Shown piece by piece: positions 47,690-60,900 of a stretch of 64,000 nt of DNA. The notes below the pieces were generated by a model. The model was not told the origin of the DNA, ran no database searches, and saw only the letters and a program-made list of their open reading frames with translations. A program made the translations under genes and the position numbers. Positions within the stretch are counted from its first letter, which is position 1. Each line of letters begins with the position of its first letter. This DNA comes from Dicyema japonicum (Eukaryota; Animalia; Dicyemida), in NCBI GenBank assembly GCA_011109175.1, contig RDEW01000009.1, forward strand, positions 1,167,652-1,231,651, in the 5' to 3' direction.

Positions 47690-48340
47690 CCAGCAAGGTT
47701 GGAGAGAGAAAGGCTATCCCCACAGGTGGCCTCTCAGGCGAGGTATCTACTACTTTCTCATGGGAAGAGAATTGTTCCATCAGGCCTTTTGTGGCTGGGG
47801 CCAGTCCAAGAGGCTTTAACTGGACAGGAAATTAGGCCGCTTATAGTCTTCACGCAATAACTCCGTTGATTGAACCGTGTATTGGACTTCTCCGGTAGGA
47901 GAGAGCGTTAAAACCTTTAATGTCTACCATTCTTCCACATCTACAGCGATGGATCACGCAAACATCCACTCCGAGGTGGACGCTAACCACAACTCTTGTG
48001 ACGTCGTCATCCAATAGTGCCCCGAGTGAGGTATGGGTAGGCTCAGATCCATGCACCACTTTCCTTCGTCGATGCAGAAGCTAGATATGGCAGACAATGT
48101 TGGTCAAGTTCAGGTTTTATCTCAATAATTTTTTAGAAAAAGTTTATCAAGGTTCTTCAGGAATTTCACACTTAGACGCGTCCAAACTCCCCCATGTCAC
48201 TGATTCAGCGTCCGATCCGTTAATATAGCGTAGGATCTGGCGCATAAGGATTAACTGAAGATAGGAAAGGAGGACGAGTTCGAGTGGTGACCGCATCCCG
48301 ATTCCTCCATAAAGAAGCGGAAAAAATAATAATGGCATTT
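47690..48340 (-). mobile_element. CRE-like RLE fragment
   Basis: PLLYGGIGMRSP; SLGALLDDD...CRCGRMVDIKGFNALSY. Confidence 0.7.
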
Positions 48341-48600
48341 TATAGTAATGTTTCCACTACTAACCACCACGTGGGCAGGACACACTTTATTTAAGATAAG
48401 AACAGTTATGATAACTGGTTAAGGGGTGCAAAGCATAAGGAATGTTAACTTTTTTTCTCTTAGTTGCATGTGAGTCCCAGTGATCTATCACTAATGAGTT
48501 AGTCACTTGTCAAGCAATATTTAACGTGGATGCCTTGAACTTTCAGCCAGGATCGACAGCAGCGAGATTTGAATCGAGAACATCTGAATTCCACCTCCAC
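48340..48600 (-). mobile_element. tRNA-SINE copy
   Basis: Reverse complement carries TCTCGCTGCTG...GCTTGACAAGTGAC and the shared tail ATAACTGTTCTT...TTAAATAAAGTGTG. Confidence 0.6.
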
Positions 48601-48689
48601 TTATAACACTTGACACTGAAAAATCTACAGTTAAACTGATCATAAAAAAGTTGTAATGAAAAAAAAATTTAACAGTTCATGATAATAAT

Positions 48690-48950
48690 AGACTTTACGC
48701 AGAGCCATGTTACCTATATCTCCACCCAGGCAGACATACACTTTATTTAAATTAAGAACAATTATGATAACTAATCGTAGGAGTACCAAGAAATGCTCTT
48801 TAATTCTTTCTTTTTGTTGGGAGAATCCTTTATAGACGATCCGGTTCCCCAGTAAAATGTTAATAAATGACGGCGTCACTTGTCAAGCCAAAGCATCATA
48901 GATGCTTGGAGTCTTACTGTACAGTAGAGAGATTCGAAATAGGGATCATA
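48690..48950 (-). mobile_element. tRNA-SINE copy
   Basis: Reverse complement GGCTTGACAAGTGACGCCGTCAT...GGAACCGGATCGTCTATAAA matches the 33000-33075 body. Confidence 0.65.
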
Positions 48951-49529
48951 TGGCTAATAATCTAAATAGGGATCATATGGCTAACAGAATTCATCTCCTG
49001 GTAAGTTATTTTTTCTATTACTTTCTAATAACATTCGAAATCATCTCTCAGAACAATTGATTCCCTTGGTTCCACTTAGTAATTTACTTCAACTTCAGAG
49101 CCTTTTAAAATTAGATGATTAGTCTTTCTCGTAACTTAATCTTCATAGTCTTCAATTTTCAGCCCATGACTGTCATATTCTCCAACATTTTTAATCAAAA
49201 ATAGGCTGAATTTATGCTATTTTTAGACTTAGTACTTCGTTACTGTTGCATCTCAAGTCAGGCTAATATGAATTATTGTAACCTTGGTGTATTGGATCTT
49301 ATATCAAAATGAGCACAATATTTAACGTTTTATCTTTTTCTTCTTTGAATTATTGAATGTCAAACTTATTAAGTGAGGTTGTATTAAATTTAACAATCTT
49401 TTTTCCAAGGTTTTCTCTCCATTCACTATTTATCGTGCTTTTCTTGTTATGTTTTCATTAGAGTAGTAACCAGCATAAATCAGAAAACCATATTTACAGT
49501 AAATCATATTTAAAACTGCCATCCATCCA

Positions 49530-49610
49530 AAGTGGACCCCGCCGACATTATTGACGTTGCGTTGCCTCTCACGATTGCAACAGAGATCAACTGGAGTAGC
49601 CACCAGCATA
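49530..49610 (-). mobile_element. CRE-like extreme 3' remnant
   Basis: WWLLQLISVAIVRGNA; nearly identical to 27420-27455. Confidence 0.6.
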
Positions 49611-49849
49611 AATTATATTTCGCACTGCTCCATTGGTGAAGATAATATATAATTCGATATCACCGCTTTTATTTCAAAAAGAACATCTTAAGCATTCTAT
49701 GGGGAATCCCTAGGAAGGCCTTCTTGCTTTTCGTGGTACTGATCGAATTCTCTGGATTTGGACCTTAATATAAACTATTTATAAATTTTATATTTATTTA
49801 ATAATAAAATATAATTAAATTTAAAATTTCTATAAAAATAATTAATTGG

Positions 49850-50164
49850 ATGGGGTGTTGTGGGATAAAATGTACAAGTTGTTGGCTTATTATAAGCATT
49901 TGGGGGACAATCATGCTGGTTTGGCACATATATTAATATCTTTTAGTTATTGATGGGAATATTTTTCAAAATTGAGTCGGTTGCTCTGATAGAAGATCTA
50001 AGCATAGATGAAAAGGAATTTATTCGTCTGGGGACTCCTACATCTCACAACAGTACAAAATAACCTCAATAAACTGCTTCATAGCTTCTTTTATGTACTT
50101 TATCCTCGGAGTAGTTCTTATTTTTCACCTTAAATTTAATCTTCGTAGAAAAACCGCAAATTAA
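49850..50164 (+). CDS. RNASEK: Ribonuclease kappa / V-ATPase subunit f (one tiny intron, one apparent 1-bp frameshift)
   Basis: MGCCGIKC...ISIWGTIML|LLMGIFF...VALIEDL...SINCFIAS matches RNASEK CCGPK...SAWG.IML...LIED...NCFIA. Confidence 0.8.
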
Positions 50165-50361
50165 TTTTATCATTACTAATATTTCATAACTTTATTTAAA
50201 CGTGTCTGTCTTTGTCATTTTAGTAAAATACTCTAATGTCCTCTCCATGACACGTGTGTGACCTAGTACCGATGTGTCGCTTTGCTGGTGTTTGAATCCC
50301 ACACCATTGCCTATTTGATCGAAGGCCTTCGCTTTGCTTTTTACCTTCTTAATTCGTTAGA

Positions 50362-50440
50362 GGCGTCATGGGTTCCACCCATCTCAGAAAACGCCTAGTG
50401 CTGTCCCACCCTCCAAAAAGAGTATATATCTTGCCTACTC
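50362..50440 (+). mobile_element. 5' head remnant of the short non-autonomous family
   Basis: GAGGCGTCATGGGTTCCACC...AACGCCTAGTGC. Confidence 0.4.
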
Positions 50441-50699
50441 CATTGAATGGGAGATGGATTGATGTAACCGCCGGATAGGATGTGTTTAACTTCAACCATA
50501 TGAACTGGATATACTTAAATCAGACTCCAATCGTCAAAGGACACTGAGCATTGCCATAAGAACCATCCATCACTGTATGAAACATTCGTGAGATATCCTC
50601 TGTTTTTTTATACAACATCTCCCGTTTGACAAAAAATGTTTTGCGAATCTCCTGTACATGCCCTGCAAAAATTGACCGATCTATAGATGTGACCGACAT

Positions 50700-50960
50700 T
50701 TGGTGGGTCCAACTCAGTATCCACTGGTCTCATACAAGTCGGTGAGGTCGGGGTAACTTAACTAACCATCTCCGTTCAAGGATGTCTCTGATTTGCGATC
50801 GCATTCTCAATTTCATATACAAATCCTTCCAACCGGTCCAAAGGTTTCGAAGGCAATTGGGACGAAACGGAAGCTATCTCCGAGGGCTAAGTATTCTTCA
50901 ATCTTTTCCATTCAGTTTTGTCGATGATGATATTTTCCTTGATGATGCTTAATACCTTAT
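50700..50960 (-). mobile_element. CRE-like fragment spanning the left edge of duplicate A
   Basis: KIEEYLALGDSFRFVPIAFETFGPVG. Confidence 0.65.
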
Positions 50961-51299
50961 TATAAGCTTATCCATTTTTCCTGCACGCAGAACAGTGAAA
51001 GTGGTAAAGTCTAACAAGTTCAATCCCTTATTGGGGGATAAAAATTGGTTTCTAAAATTTAATTGGGAGTGGTACGAGAAGCCAGATATTCAATGTTGTA
51101 GCTGACAAGGTTTCGGATAGTTTCTCTGTAAAAATCTATCAAAGTGTTATTGTATTCGGTTTTCCACTCAAGTGCAGAGCAGAATGTAAAATCCATGTGA
51201 CTGAAGTAAAAATTGTGTAAACTGTAGTTCTAGGGATCACTTACCTAATTATTTATGAAAATTATCAAATCCATAAAAAAAGAGAATTACAAAGATTTC

Positions 51300-52420
51300 G
51301 AATGAAATAAGTCCCAGTCGGAATGTATGGAATGGCTGGATTAAACAAACTTCATGTAAACTTGACGACCGAGGGACAAATCACTTTTTCTCGTGTCTTG
51401 GGCCGCCTTCTGTTTCTCCCCCGCTGGATCTCTGAGAACGTGCGTCATTGGTTGTTACAATATTGTTAGCCATCTATTTCCCTCACTAAAAAGACCGGAG
51501 GTAAAAAATATGGACTGTCTGGAATGCGACAAAAGTTGGTAAAAAACGAATGAAATTGGTATACAGACAGATGAGTTAATGATTACTGATTCGTTTGACT
51601 AAATGACCTTGCTAATATTGGGAGAGATTCTTTTGTTAATGTCTGTAATCAGCTGGGTAAAGGAATCAAGGATTCTGTCAGGAACAAGAAAGAAAGTTTT
51701 CACTTGGTCTGGTGACGCTCTTAAAAGACGAGGACAGCGACCTGTTAAATCTGAAGTAGCCAGGATCACCTTGGTAAATGGCCGCTCTCCTAGAAAGGTG
51801 GTTTTGGAGCTGGTAACTCTTTCCAGCATATATGTATTTCAGAAATGTGTTGTTCTGATAAAAGGGAAAGGAGATAATTCTCAAATCTCATGATGGTGCC
51901 TTAATCCCTAAAGGAGAAATACCAGAAGTCACCCATCTTTCATTATTCCACATGAAATTCAAAAAGAGTTTATTGATTGAAATACCATTAATGGTTTTCA
52001 AAATGCAGACTTGCCAATAATCAATGGATTGTTGTTTCAGTTCAAATCTTTGTGGAGAAAGGAACAATTATTTGTATGATCCCAAAGAAAGATGTCAAAT
52101 GCAGAAAATTATAGGCCATTAGTCTTGTTTGCACTGCGCGGTACTCTCAGGTAGACTAGGAAAAGTGAAGAGATGGCCAGTATTCTAGTCGTCAAGAAGG
52201 CATGATGGACAAAGTGGAGGACGATTGTCCGATTCTGTTCAGATATCAACGTAAAATCACGTGGGGACCACAATGAAAGCCGCCAAATGAACACAAACGC
52301 TCCGTTGTAGGGAAGCTTCGCTTCCGTTAATATTTGATGGAAAACGTCCCAGAAGCTTGTTAGAACAAAGGATGGTAGTGGCATTAGTAGATATCCAGCC
52401 ATGGATTATTTTCAGGAGTG
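51300..52420 (+). mobile_element. Heavily decayed APE-LINE (also at about 58400-59500)
   Basis: LLILGD-like endonuclease motif; MIPKKD...NYRPISLVCT with frameshifts. Confidence 0.55.
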
Positions 52421-52537
52421 ACTGTGAGGGCTCATTCTTAGGGATTGTTTGGAGAATCTGAACTTTATGACCAATTCTCCTTTTGTTAGTGAAGAAAGAA
52501 TTCCTTGACTCTATTCCTTGTTATGCTTCGATTTGGA

Positions 52538-52790
52538 TAGCCACGTGGCAGCATGTGATGCTATGTGGCTAATGGTTAAAAATTCATGTTCTTCTCTCTG
52601 ATAGCGTCATTGGATCCACCTTACTAAGGAGACGCCCAATGCCTAGCCGTCATCAAGAGGATTCAACTATTCTTCCTACTGAGAGCAGTTTCGTTACCTG
52701 GAAACAAGTTATGGAATCGCTGGAATGCGTCAGGATCAAAGAGTTAGTTTGGATTTACCCTTGGTCGTTGGAATAATTTTATTTATTTAT
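52538..52790 (+). mobile_element. Short non-autonomous element (copy of 23506-23743; duplicated at 59633-59885)
   Basis: 5' hairpin TAGCCAC...GTGGCTA, GGATCCACCTTACT...; (TTTA)n-like tail. Confidence 0.8.
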
Positions 52791-52849
52791 TGTAGTTTAG
52801 TATTGGGGATACGGTTCATCCGTGGTTAAGAAAATGTCTTTTTGGAAGA

Positions 52850-53600
52850 GTCATTTATACGTATTGAAACTCAAATTTCAAAGAAAATTTTGTTAAGATG
52901 GGTTCCAAGGGAACTGTTCCTAGTCCACTTTTTGAATTGTGTGATGAGTAAGTGATCCGTTTTAGATCCAAAAATACTTCATCCGTTGAATAATCTACAC
53001 TTTCTTTCTTTAGAATTAAGTCTATCCCCCCAAATAATTAACTGTAATAGTAAACTCTCTTAGTGTTAGACAATTTCTCGATAATAGTGACTGGATCCCC
53101 ATATGGCGTTCGAATTTTTAATCGAAGAGAACGCTTTATCCCATAATCTTTTTGAAGCTGGATTTTTTGATCATCTGATTCCACAAAGTGGTGGATCCAG
53201 GAATACTTCGATATCTTTGGAACGAGCTATCGCTTAAAAGTAACAAATCCAATTTATCCATCGATTAGTGAGATTTTCAAACTCACAAAATAACATAATT
53301 TTATACAATTTTAGGTCAATCAATCGGAATCTCTCATTTGTTACACCAGCAACAATATAACTCACAGGCATGCAAACTGGCATATATTGCAGTCTCTTAC
53401 CACTTGACGGATTGCACTTTTTAATAAGGCAGAATGTTTTATGACACATTTCCTCCAAAAAATTGTGTCTACAATAATTGGCTTCATATATCTTTTTATC
53501 AATTATCCGCATCTTTCCTGTGTTTGGTGTTGTGATTACAAGCTTGTGATTACTATTGATTGCGTCTGGGCCTCCTGACATAACATCTCCACCATACTAA
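52850..53600 (-). mobile_element. Decayed retroviral-type DDE integrase (Ginger/KRBA2-like); duplicated at about 59940-60690
   Basis: AIRQVVRDCNICQ zinc finger; PVSYIVAGVTNERFRLIDL; IQLQKDYG resembling ILQSDNG. Confidence 0.5.
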
Positions 53601-54702
53601 GTCATCGGTTTTAACGATTAAATACATAAATGAATCAACTAGCTTTGATTCTCGAGTGTATTCTTAAGCAAAACAGATTGTATACTATTTAAATTCTCCC
53701 ACTACCAGTGTGGAGTATAATATGAAACCATGTGAATTCTTAATGTTATTATTTCTTTACATTGCTACTTCAATGGCAAATAGGTTTTCGGGCAGCATTG
53801 AGTGATCGGGCGTTTATTTTCCAATATTTTACTGACAACAAGAACAATGACTGCTACCTCCATTATTTCAAACTAAACAGCCTATTCCTGTCGAAGCAAG
53901 TTGTGCTTGTCCTAATAATAATAAAACATTGAGCCTTGAGGTTTTGCTCCTCATTTGAAGAAAGCGCAGCCTCAAATTAACTTCCTATAAAAAATAGTCA
54001 TCCCTCTTCTTGGCTGTCCCCTCCTTTTTGCTATTGACTATCCGATGGCACGAATAAAGTGATTTGGGTTCTAGAATCTCTGAGGTTTATCTATGGATGG
54101 CTCTTACGAATTTTAAGAGGAAATGCACTCTCAGCTGTCGTCAAAATATAATTGGCAATTGAAGCATAGACGCCAGAATGATACGTTGAGGAGTAGCAAT
54201 GTTTCCATTACTTATTTCAGCCTAGGCAGAACTCACATTTCTCGTTCTTCTCTTTTTTGCTTGAACTCTGAGACAATTCAGTTATGCAATGATGAATCAC
54301 TGATGGCGTCACTCGTCGATCTTAGAATGGAAACCTCGGGGTCACAGAGAAAGAACTCAGGAAATCAAAATGTGGTAGCATTACTTACTTAAAGTATTGA
54401 AAAAGAGTCACCAACTTTCTATCCCGTGAATGGAGTCACATCTTATTCCTCTACCACGGGGAAGTCGAAGAAAATCTTGTACCAGATTACTATAACTAAG
54501 CACTCTCGCTGTGCCATGGTCATGCACTAGATCCAGTAGTCCACCCGGATCCTCTCCCTCACTGGAGCGTATCCAAATCTTTTGGAAGTCCCCTCGGTCG
54601 TCCACAGAATCAGGATTCCCGACGATAGTCAAGGACTGCCAAAAAAGTCTTCCATGGTCATGTTAGTTAGGGTCCCCAGATCAATTGAAATTTAATATAT
54701 TT

Positions 54703-55704
54703 TTTTTTATTTTTTTTTTAAACAAAAATTTATTAACAATAAAATATTATTTATTAACTATGGGGGAGAGCGGCTGCTGACATCACGGAGTAAGCGTTTC
54801 CGCGGATAACTGCGATACCAATTCTTTGCCTCAGCCAGACCGCTTCCCGCACGTCTTTCTTGCGGTGGGCCAATTTTTCCCGATTTCCTTTAGGAAAGAG
54901 GCTGTAATACTTCCAGCCGCACCAGACGTCTCGATTGCTACCGGTACAAAACGGTAGCGGTCTCCAATTTTTCCATATTTTTAATCTTGATTTTTTCGGC
55001 CAGATCGGCTGCCGATCCAGCAGACTGCGCCGAGCTGAGCATCATCGAGTTCGAGAAAGAATCCACAACAGTGCAGTCCCATACGAGCGATTTTCCCTCA
55101 GTGAACGGAAAGATAGTTAACCCATCCGGTCTTTTCCCATCTCCGCGGTCCAATCCCACAGGTTCCAATACTGCCGGGAAGCCTGCCGCTTCAAGAGCTC
55201 GCAAGACAATGTTGTTCATAGCAGCATGGCGGGGTGCTCTGCCCGCACTCCTTTTGCACGAGAGCGGGTGCAGCCCTTTGGCATCGACGATCCCTCCACA
55301 ACGACATTGGTTTCGACGCAAACATCAGCTCCCAGGCGTTGTGCGATTCCAATCCGAATACAGTCATCGTCCAATAGGGTCCCCAGGGAGGAAGACGGGA
55401 GTGCATCCAGCCACGCTCCGCTCCCATGGTTGGCGGCGGACACGAGGCATGCAAGACGATGCTGGTTGGCCTCAGACTTTAGCACGTCGAAGATATTCTT
55501 GGAGTAAATATCATCCCAGTCACGTTGCCTCGAAGGATCGTTCGGCATATCCAAACCAGTTTCACACCATTCGCAACGAGCTTCGTCGAAGACTTTTTCC
55601 CAAGAGAGTCCGGTTGTAATACGTAGGATTTCTTGGACCAAAAGGCTTCCACTTGAGAGCGATGACACATATGCTGGATAGGCGATCTCCAGCGCCGACC
55701 TGAC
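54703..55704 (-). mobile_element. Young 5'-truncated CRE-like RLE retrotransposon with poly(A)-like tail and 13-bp TSD
   Basis: CRCGGIVDAKGLHPLSC, RHAAMN, RGDGKRPDGLT, LVWDCTVVD, FVPVAIETSG, RGNAYSV, stop near 54758; TSD ATTTAATATATTT at 54690-54702 and 55705-55717. Confidence 0.92.
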
Positions 55705-55834
55705 ATTTAATATATTTAAAACTAAAATATGATAATTTTGAATATAAAAATAAAATTAACTAAATATTTATATTTCAATCAACTTAAAAATAATAAAATA
55801 TTTTGCTATAGTAACTCTAAACTCTCAAAGAAAA

Positions 55835-57978
55835 ATGGAGCGATTTACGATTAATGTTGAATCCGATGATAAGTTTCATTAATATTTAACATCAAGAAAT
55901 TATCAGTCAAAAACGATAGAACAGGTCAGTGATGTCTATTCCATAGTGAAAAAATTTATTTATAAGAGAAGATTCAGCGATTCGAGTCTGATTCGGTCTT
56001 ATTAAAGGCAAGCAAATATTTTCTGGAGTTTCCTCAAAGAAGGAGGAAGAAAATTTATATAAATTGATCAGTTACTTCGGCAGCTTCAACAAGTTCTTGT
56101 TATAAAGTAAAACAGGCTATCCCTGAGTCGAGATAAATTTCCTGATATTGATATCAATTTTATCGAATCAGCAATCGAAGCAGGTGCTGATGTGAATGAG
56201 GTTGATGATTATGGGCAAACAATACTTCACGATGTAATCAATTTCACTTTAATCGTTGCTAGGCAGCCTGTAACTGGTCAACCGATGTTGTTATGTTTCT
56301 GCTAAAACATGGAGTCAATGTAAATGCCATGGACACCTTTGGCAGAACTCCTTTGCACGTGGCTGCCACCGCTGACTATCCAGAAATGGTTCATTTTCTC
56401 GTCGGAAATGGGGCTGACATGAACGCCTTGACTGAAAGAGAGATGCAGACTCCTGTCCATTACGCAGCCAAAAACGATTCCACAAAGTCACTGAAAGCTT
56501 TGATAAAATTGGGGGCAAACTACAAAACTGTGAAAGACTATAAGAAGAGGACTCCTCTGTTCCTGGCTGCAGAATTAGGTCCCTTTCCAGTTATTGCTAG
56601 ACCGAAGTGAGACAGCCACTGTCCTAATAGACAACGGAGCTCCGGTAGAGGAACGAGACTACTGCGGACAAACAGCCATCATTTGGATGGCGAAAAAAAA
56701 TGCCCAAAATAGTATTTTTAAAGCCAAACCATTATAGGCTGTGGAAGCTCTCAATACACTCCACACAAAGGACAAACGAAAGCGTAAACAAGAGTATCGT
56801 CTTGATTGCCTCGAAAATGTCAAAGGTATTTCTGACAATTTGGGGTCACATTTAGGATCTTTCATTGACTTCTCTCCACCGTCTCTGTTTATATTAAGTT
56901 GAAAATTTCATAGTTAGCTTAAGGCAATAGCTGACTCCGAAAATTATGATTTCTTTCAGTGTCCGATAGTCAGAAAATTCATCGACATTAAATGGCGGAA
57001 ATTTGGATTGTAAGTTTGGTTTGCCACGTGCGTAGGTTGAATGCCTGGGTGAACTGATAATCACTTTACTCTTCAACGTATTGTGGACTGTTATATTTTT
57101 CCTACTTCCCAGCGGAAATGTCTACAAGTATGTCTACACGAAGGATTACGGAATCACATTTACCTGGGTTTGTTTATTTTTATTATGAAAAGGTATTTGC
57201 CTTGTTTTTCTTGCTGCTGATTTGGATTGTGGAAATTCAGGACTACAGGATTTCCAAGGCTTACAACAGCGTTGTGTTGCCTAAAAATGTTAGAAATGGG
57301 AATCTTGGAGGGAAATAGAAATTCGGAAAGACATGGAGTTTTGTCATCCTCGATACCCGGAAGAACAGACTTATTGGGATATTGAGTTACAGAACACCAA
57401 GGAAGAGAGTCCCTCGTACTTTTCGGACAAAAAGTTTGAGTTGATGCCAAATTCAAGGAATGTGGTGGACTGGGTTGTTTTTATACTATTGCTTGTCTGT
57501 TTTATTATCCACCTAATCGCCCTGGCGAAGGAAGATTCAAATCTTGGGTACAATCTTAAAAGGGTCTACTCATTCGCCCTCATCTTCCTATGGATGAGGT
57601 TCTTGATGTGTGCTAACTTTTTTGAAAGTCTTGGTAATTCTGTTTATTCATTTTAAGGACCCTTCATTGTGATTCTGTCTCACACCATCAATGACATTGT
57701 TCGCTTCCTTTTTATTTACTTTATTTTTTTCATTCCATTCTGTAAAACGGTAATTTGACTCAAAGACTGCTGCTTCTGGGTATTCTATGGAGGTTCTACG
57801 GGCTTTCCGGTCGACAGTCAGAGATTTTCCACAAATGTCACAAAAATTACAGTCCAAGGCTTTGACAGCGTAAGACAGGGAATATTCACACTTTTTCGGA
57901 TCTCCATGGTTGACGACTATGACTACACTGTTTGCCTGAGTTAATAATTCCCAGAATATGTCATCTATCGACAATTGG
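55835..57978 (+). pseudogene. Ankyrin-repeat TRP channel (TRPV-like/TRPVL type), 3'-truncated in the pore region by the duplication junction
   Basis: 4-5 ankyrin repeats (GQTILH, GRTPLHVAA, QTPVHYAA, RTPLFLAA); FIDIKWRKFG; TM segments; pore-helix TLFRISMVDDYDY; S6 and C-terminus absent. Confidence 0.8.
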
Positions 57979-60900
57979 GACGAAACGGAAGCTATCTCCG
58001 AGGCTAAGTATTCTTCAATCTTTTCCATTCAGTTTTGTCGATGATGATATTTTCCTTGATGATGCTTAATACCTTATTAAGCTTATCCATTTTTCCTGCA
58101 CGGTAAAGTCTAACAAGTTCAATCCCTTATTGGGGGATAAAAATTGGTTTCTAAATTTAATTGGCGTGGTACGAGAAGCCAGATATTCAATGTTATAGCT
58201 GACAAGGTTCGGATAGTTTCTCTGTAAAAATCTATCAAAGTGTTATTGTATTCGGTTTTCCACTCAAGTGCAGAGCAGAATGTAAAAATCCATGTGACTG
58301 AAGTAAAAAATTGTGTAGTTCTAGGGATCACTTACCTAATTATTTATGAAAATTATCAAATCCATAAAAAAGAGAATTACAAAGATTTCGATGAAATAAG
58401 TCCCAGTCGGAATGTATGGAATGGCTGGATTAAACAAACTTCATGTAAACTTGACGACCGAGGGACAAATCAATTTTTCTCGTGTCTTAGCCGCCTTCTG
58501 TTTCTCTCCCGCTCAGGATCAACCTTTTGGATATCTGGGAACGTGCGTCATTGGTTGTTACAATATTGTTAGCCATCTATTTCCCTCACTAAAAAGACCG
58601 GAGGTAAAAAATATGGACTGTCTGGAATGCGACAAAAGTTGGTAAAAAAACGAATGAAATTGGTATACAGACAGATGAGTTAATGATTACTGATTCGTTT
58701 GACTAAATGACCTTGCTAATATTGGGAGATTCTTTTGTTAATGTCTGTAATCAGCTGGCTAAAGGAATCAAGGATTCTGTCAGGAACAAGAAAGAAAGTT
58801 TTTACTTGGTCTGGTGACGCTTTTAAAAGACGAGGACAGCGACCTGTTAAATCTGAAGTAGCCAGGATCACCTTGGTAAATGGCCGCTCTCCTAGAAAGG
58901 TGGTTTTGGAGCTGGTAACTCTTTCCAGCATATATGTATTTCAGAAATGTGTTGTTCTGATAAAAGGGAGAGGAGCTAATTCTCAAATCTCATGATGGTG
59001 CCTTAATCCCTAAAGGAAAAATATCAGAAGTCACCCATCTTCCATTATTCCACATGAAATTCAAAAAGAGTTTATTGATTGAAATACCATTAATATTTTT
59101 CAAAAGGCAGACTTGCCAATAATCAATGGATTGTTGTTTCAGTTCAAATCTTTGTGGAGAAAAGAACAATTATTTGTATGATCCCAAAGAAAGATGTCAA
59201 ATGCAGAAAATTATAGGCCATTAGTCTTGTTTGCACTGCGCGGTACTCTCAGTAGACTAGGAAAAGTGAAGAGATGGCCAGTATTCTAGTCGTCAAGAAG
59301 GCATGATGGACAAAGTGGAGGACGATTGTCCGATTCTGTTCAGATATCAACGTAAAATCACGTGGGGACCACAATGAAAGCCGCCAAATGAACACAAACG
59401 CTCCGTTGTAGGAAGCTTCGCTTCCGTTAATATTTGATGGAAAACGTCCCAGAAGCTTGTAGAACAAAGGATGGTAGTGGCATTAGTAGATATCCAGCCA
59501 TTATTTTCAGGAGTGACTGTGAGGGCTCATTCTTAGGGATTGTTTGGAGAATCTGAACTTTATGACCAATTCTCCTTTTGTTAGTCAAGAAAGAATTCCT
59601 TAACTCTATTCCTTGTTATGCTTCGATTTGGATAGCCACGTGGCAGCATGTGATGCTATGTGGCTAATGGTTAAAAATTCATGTTCTTCCCTCTGAGAGC
59701 GTCATTGGATCCACCTTACTAAGGAGACACCCAATGCCTAGCCGTCATCAAGAGGATTCAACTATTCTTCCTACTGAGAGCAGTTTCGTTACCTGGAAAC
59801 AAGTTATGAAATCGCTGGAATGCGTCAGGATCAAAAAGTTAGTTTGGATTTACCCTTGGTCGTTGGAATAACTTTATTTATTTTTTGTAGTTTAGTATTG
59901 GGGATACGGTTCATCCGTGGTTAAGAAAATGTCTTTTTGGAAAAGTCATTTATACGTATTGGAACTCAAATTTCAAAGAAAATTTTGGTAAGATGGATTC
60001 CAAGGGAACTGTTCTTAGTCCACTTTTTGAATTGTGTGATGAGTCAGTGATCCGTTTTAGATCCAAAAATACTTCATCCGTTGAATAATCTACACGTTCT
60101 GTTTTTAGAATTAAGTCTATCCCCCCAAATAATTAACTGTAATAGTAAACTCTCTTAATGTGGACAATTTCTCGATAATAGTGACTGGATCCCCATATGG
60201 CGTTCGAATTTTTAATCGAAGAGAAGGCTTTATCCCATAATCTTTTTAAGCTGGATTTTTTGAACATCTGATTCCACAAAGTGGTGGATCCAGGAATACT
60301 TCGATATATTTGGAACGAGCTATCGCTTAAAAGTAACAAATCCAATTTACCCATCGATTAGTGAGATTTTCAAACTCACAAAATAACATAATTTTATACA
60401 ATTTTAGGTCAATCAATCGGAATCTCTCATTTGTTACACCAGCAACAATATAACTCACAGGCATGCAAACTGGCATATATTGCAGTCTCTTACCACTTGA
60501 CGGATTGCACTTTTAATAATGCAGAATGTTTTATGACACATTTCCTCCAAAAAATTGTGTCTACAATAATTGGCTTCATATATCTTTTTATCAATTATCC
60601 GCATCTCTCCTGTGTTTGGTGTTGTGATTACAAGCTTGTGATTACTATTGATTGCGTCTGGGCCTCCTGACATAACATCTCCACCATACTAAGTCATCGG
60701 TTTAACGATTAAATACATAGATGAATCAACTAGCTTTGATTCTCGAGTGTATTCTTAAGCAAAACAGATTGTATACTATTTAAATTCTCCCACTACCAGT
60801 GTGGAGTATAATATGAAACCATGTGAATTCTTAATGTTATTATTTCTTTACATTGCTACTTCAATGGCAAATAGGTTTTCGGGCAGCATTGAGTGATCGG

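Larger units (their letters stand above)
50854..54378 (+). repeat. Segmental duplicate A (paired with 57972-61589)
   Basis: Colinear, highly similar sequence from CAATTGGGACGAAACGG to CTCAGGAAATCAAAATGTGGTAG. Confidence 0.95.

Noticed and set aside
54938-55668. Overlapping antisense ORFs as real genes (e.g. 54987-55619 +)
   Set aside because: These are shadow ORFs of the GC-rich CRE coding strand.
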